A stretch of 13,853 nt of DNA, taken from positions 1 through 13,853 of the forward strand of contig JAWBTQ010000024.1 in the NCBI GenBank assembly GCA_038841535.1. The letters are read 5' to 3'. This stretch comes from Sulfolobales archaeon (GTDB lineage Archaea; Thermoproteota; Thermoprotei_A; Sulfolobales; NBVN01). The notes under the pieces were generated by a model. The model saw nothing but the letters and a program-made list of their open reading frames with translations, had not been told where the DNA came from and made no database searches. Of this stretch, positions 13,563-13,853 are shown in pieces (the first letter of the stretch is position 1; each line of letters starts with the position of its first letter). The translations under genes and the position numbers were made by a program.

Positions 13563-13853
13563 ATGCTCCCCATGAACGTTCGAGAACTAAAGCGAATGCT
13601 TAAAAAGTACGGAATCGATGTCCGCGAGCTACCTGAGATACGGAAAGTCATAATGTCGGCCAACGGATACGATATAGTAGTCAAAGATCCGCAAGTGGCC
13701 GTACTAAACGTTGGACAGCAGACCATTATTCAAATAGTTTGCTCCGGGTTAGAGAAAGTAGAAAAAGAGCCGGAAACTAAAGCCTTCCCTCAGGTCTCGG
13801 AAGACGACATACAGTTCATAATGGATCAGACCGGCGCCACACGAGATGAAGTC
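13563..13853 (+). CDS. nac: Nascent polypeptide-associated complex protein (archaeal NAC alpha: NAC domain + start of UBA domain), 3'-truncated by the window edge
   Basis: Absent from the ORF track because it runs off the right edge. My translation reads MLPMNVRELKRMLKKYGIDVRELPEIRKVIMSANGYDIVVKDPQVAVLNVGQQTIIQIVCSG...EDDIQFIMDQTGATRDEV. This matches the archaeal NAC pattern (MNPRxxxxMMKQxGI...EL..V..V.I....E..I.NP.V....MGQ.T.QI.G) and the UBA start (EEDI.LVM.QTG.SREEA). The second Met, at 13572, is an alternative start. Confidence 0.85.
   Translation, partial: MLPMNVRELKRMLKKYGIDVRELPEIRKVIMSANGYDIVVKDPQVAVLNVGQQTIIQIVCSGLEKVEKEPETKAFPQVSEDDIQFIMDQTGATRDEV

Noticed and set aside
13544-13726. 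Track ORF 13544..13726 (-), 60 aa
   Set aside because: It is antisense to the clearly recognisable NAC gene (13563-13853, plus). Shadow ORF.
1-13853. The possibility that the window is a defence, mobile or accessory island hosting a novel multi-gene system
   Set aside because: I found no CRISPR-like spaced repeats, no transposase, integrase or recombinase-like ORFs, no tRNA integration target, no toxin-antitoxin-sized gene pairs and no long terminal repeats. Nearly every ORF has a confident housekeeping assignment. The novelty is confined to individual genes or architectures and to one long spacer.

Overview
This is a gene-dense chromosomal window that looks archaeal, most likely from a hyperthermophilic Thermoproteota/Crenarchaeota-type genome. 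The organism call is an inference from three things: gene content (aNAC, aCPSF2, a four-subunit 2-oxoacid:ferredoxin oxidoreductase), A/T-rich TATA-like boxes about 25-30 nt upstream of start codons (leaderless or short-leader mRNAs), and C/D-box-like motifs. Reading left to right, the window contains:
- a 3'-truncated cysteine desulfurase (-)
- a DUF457/YdjM-like membrane protein (-)
- a two-gene extracytoplasmic thiol-disulfide module (-), made of a WCPHC thioredoxin-like protein anchored at both ends and a CPEC-thioredoxin::CcdA/DsbD fusion
- a delta-alpha-beta-gamma 2-oxoacid:ferredoxin oxidoreductase operon (-)
- a small Roadblock/LC7-like gene (-)
- an unusual HypC/HupF::hotdog-thioesterase fusion gene (+)
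- a 684-bp ORF-poor gap holding a convergent pair of C/D-box-like motifs
- a membrane H+-pyrophosphatase (+)
- a doubtful small ORF (+)
- ThiI with a C-terminal rhodanese domain (+)
- an aCPSF2-type beta-CASP ribonuclease (-)
- the 5' part of the nascent-polypeptide-associated complex gene (+)

I found no rRNA, tRNA, CRISPR array, transposase, integrase or obvious defence or mobile island. Most of the window is core housekeeping, and I do not see a clear multi-gene novel system. The best novelty candidates are the HypC-thioesterase fusion, the Trx/CcdA pair and the long non-coding gap. All functional calls rest on motif recognition by eye and none was confirmed by a database search.
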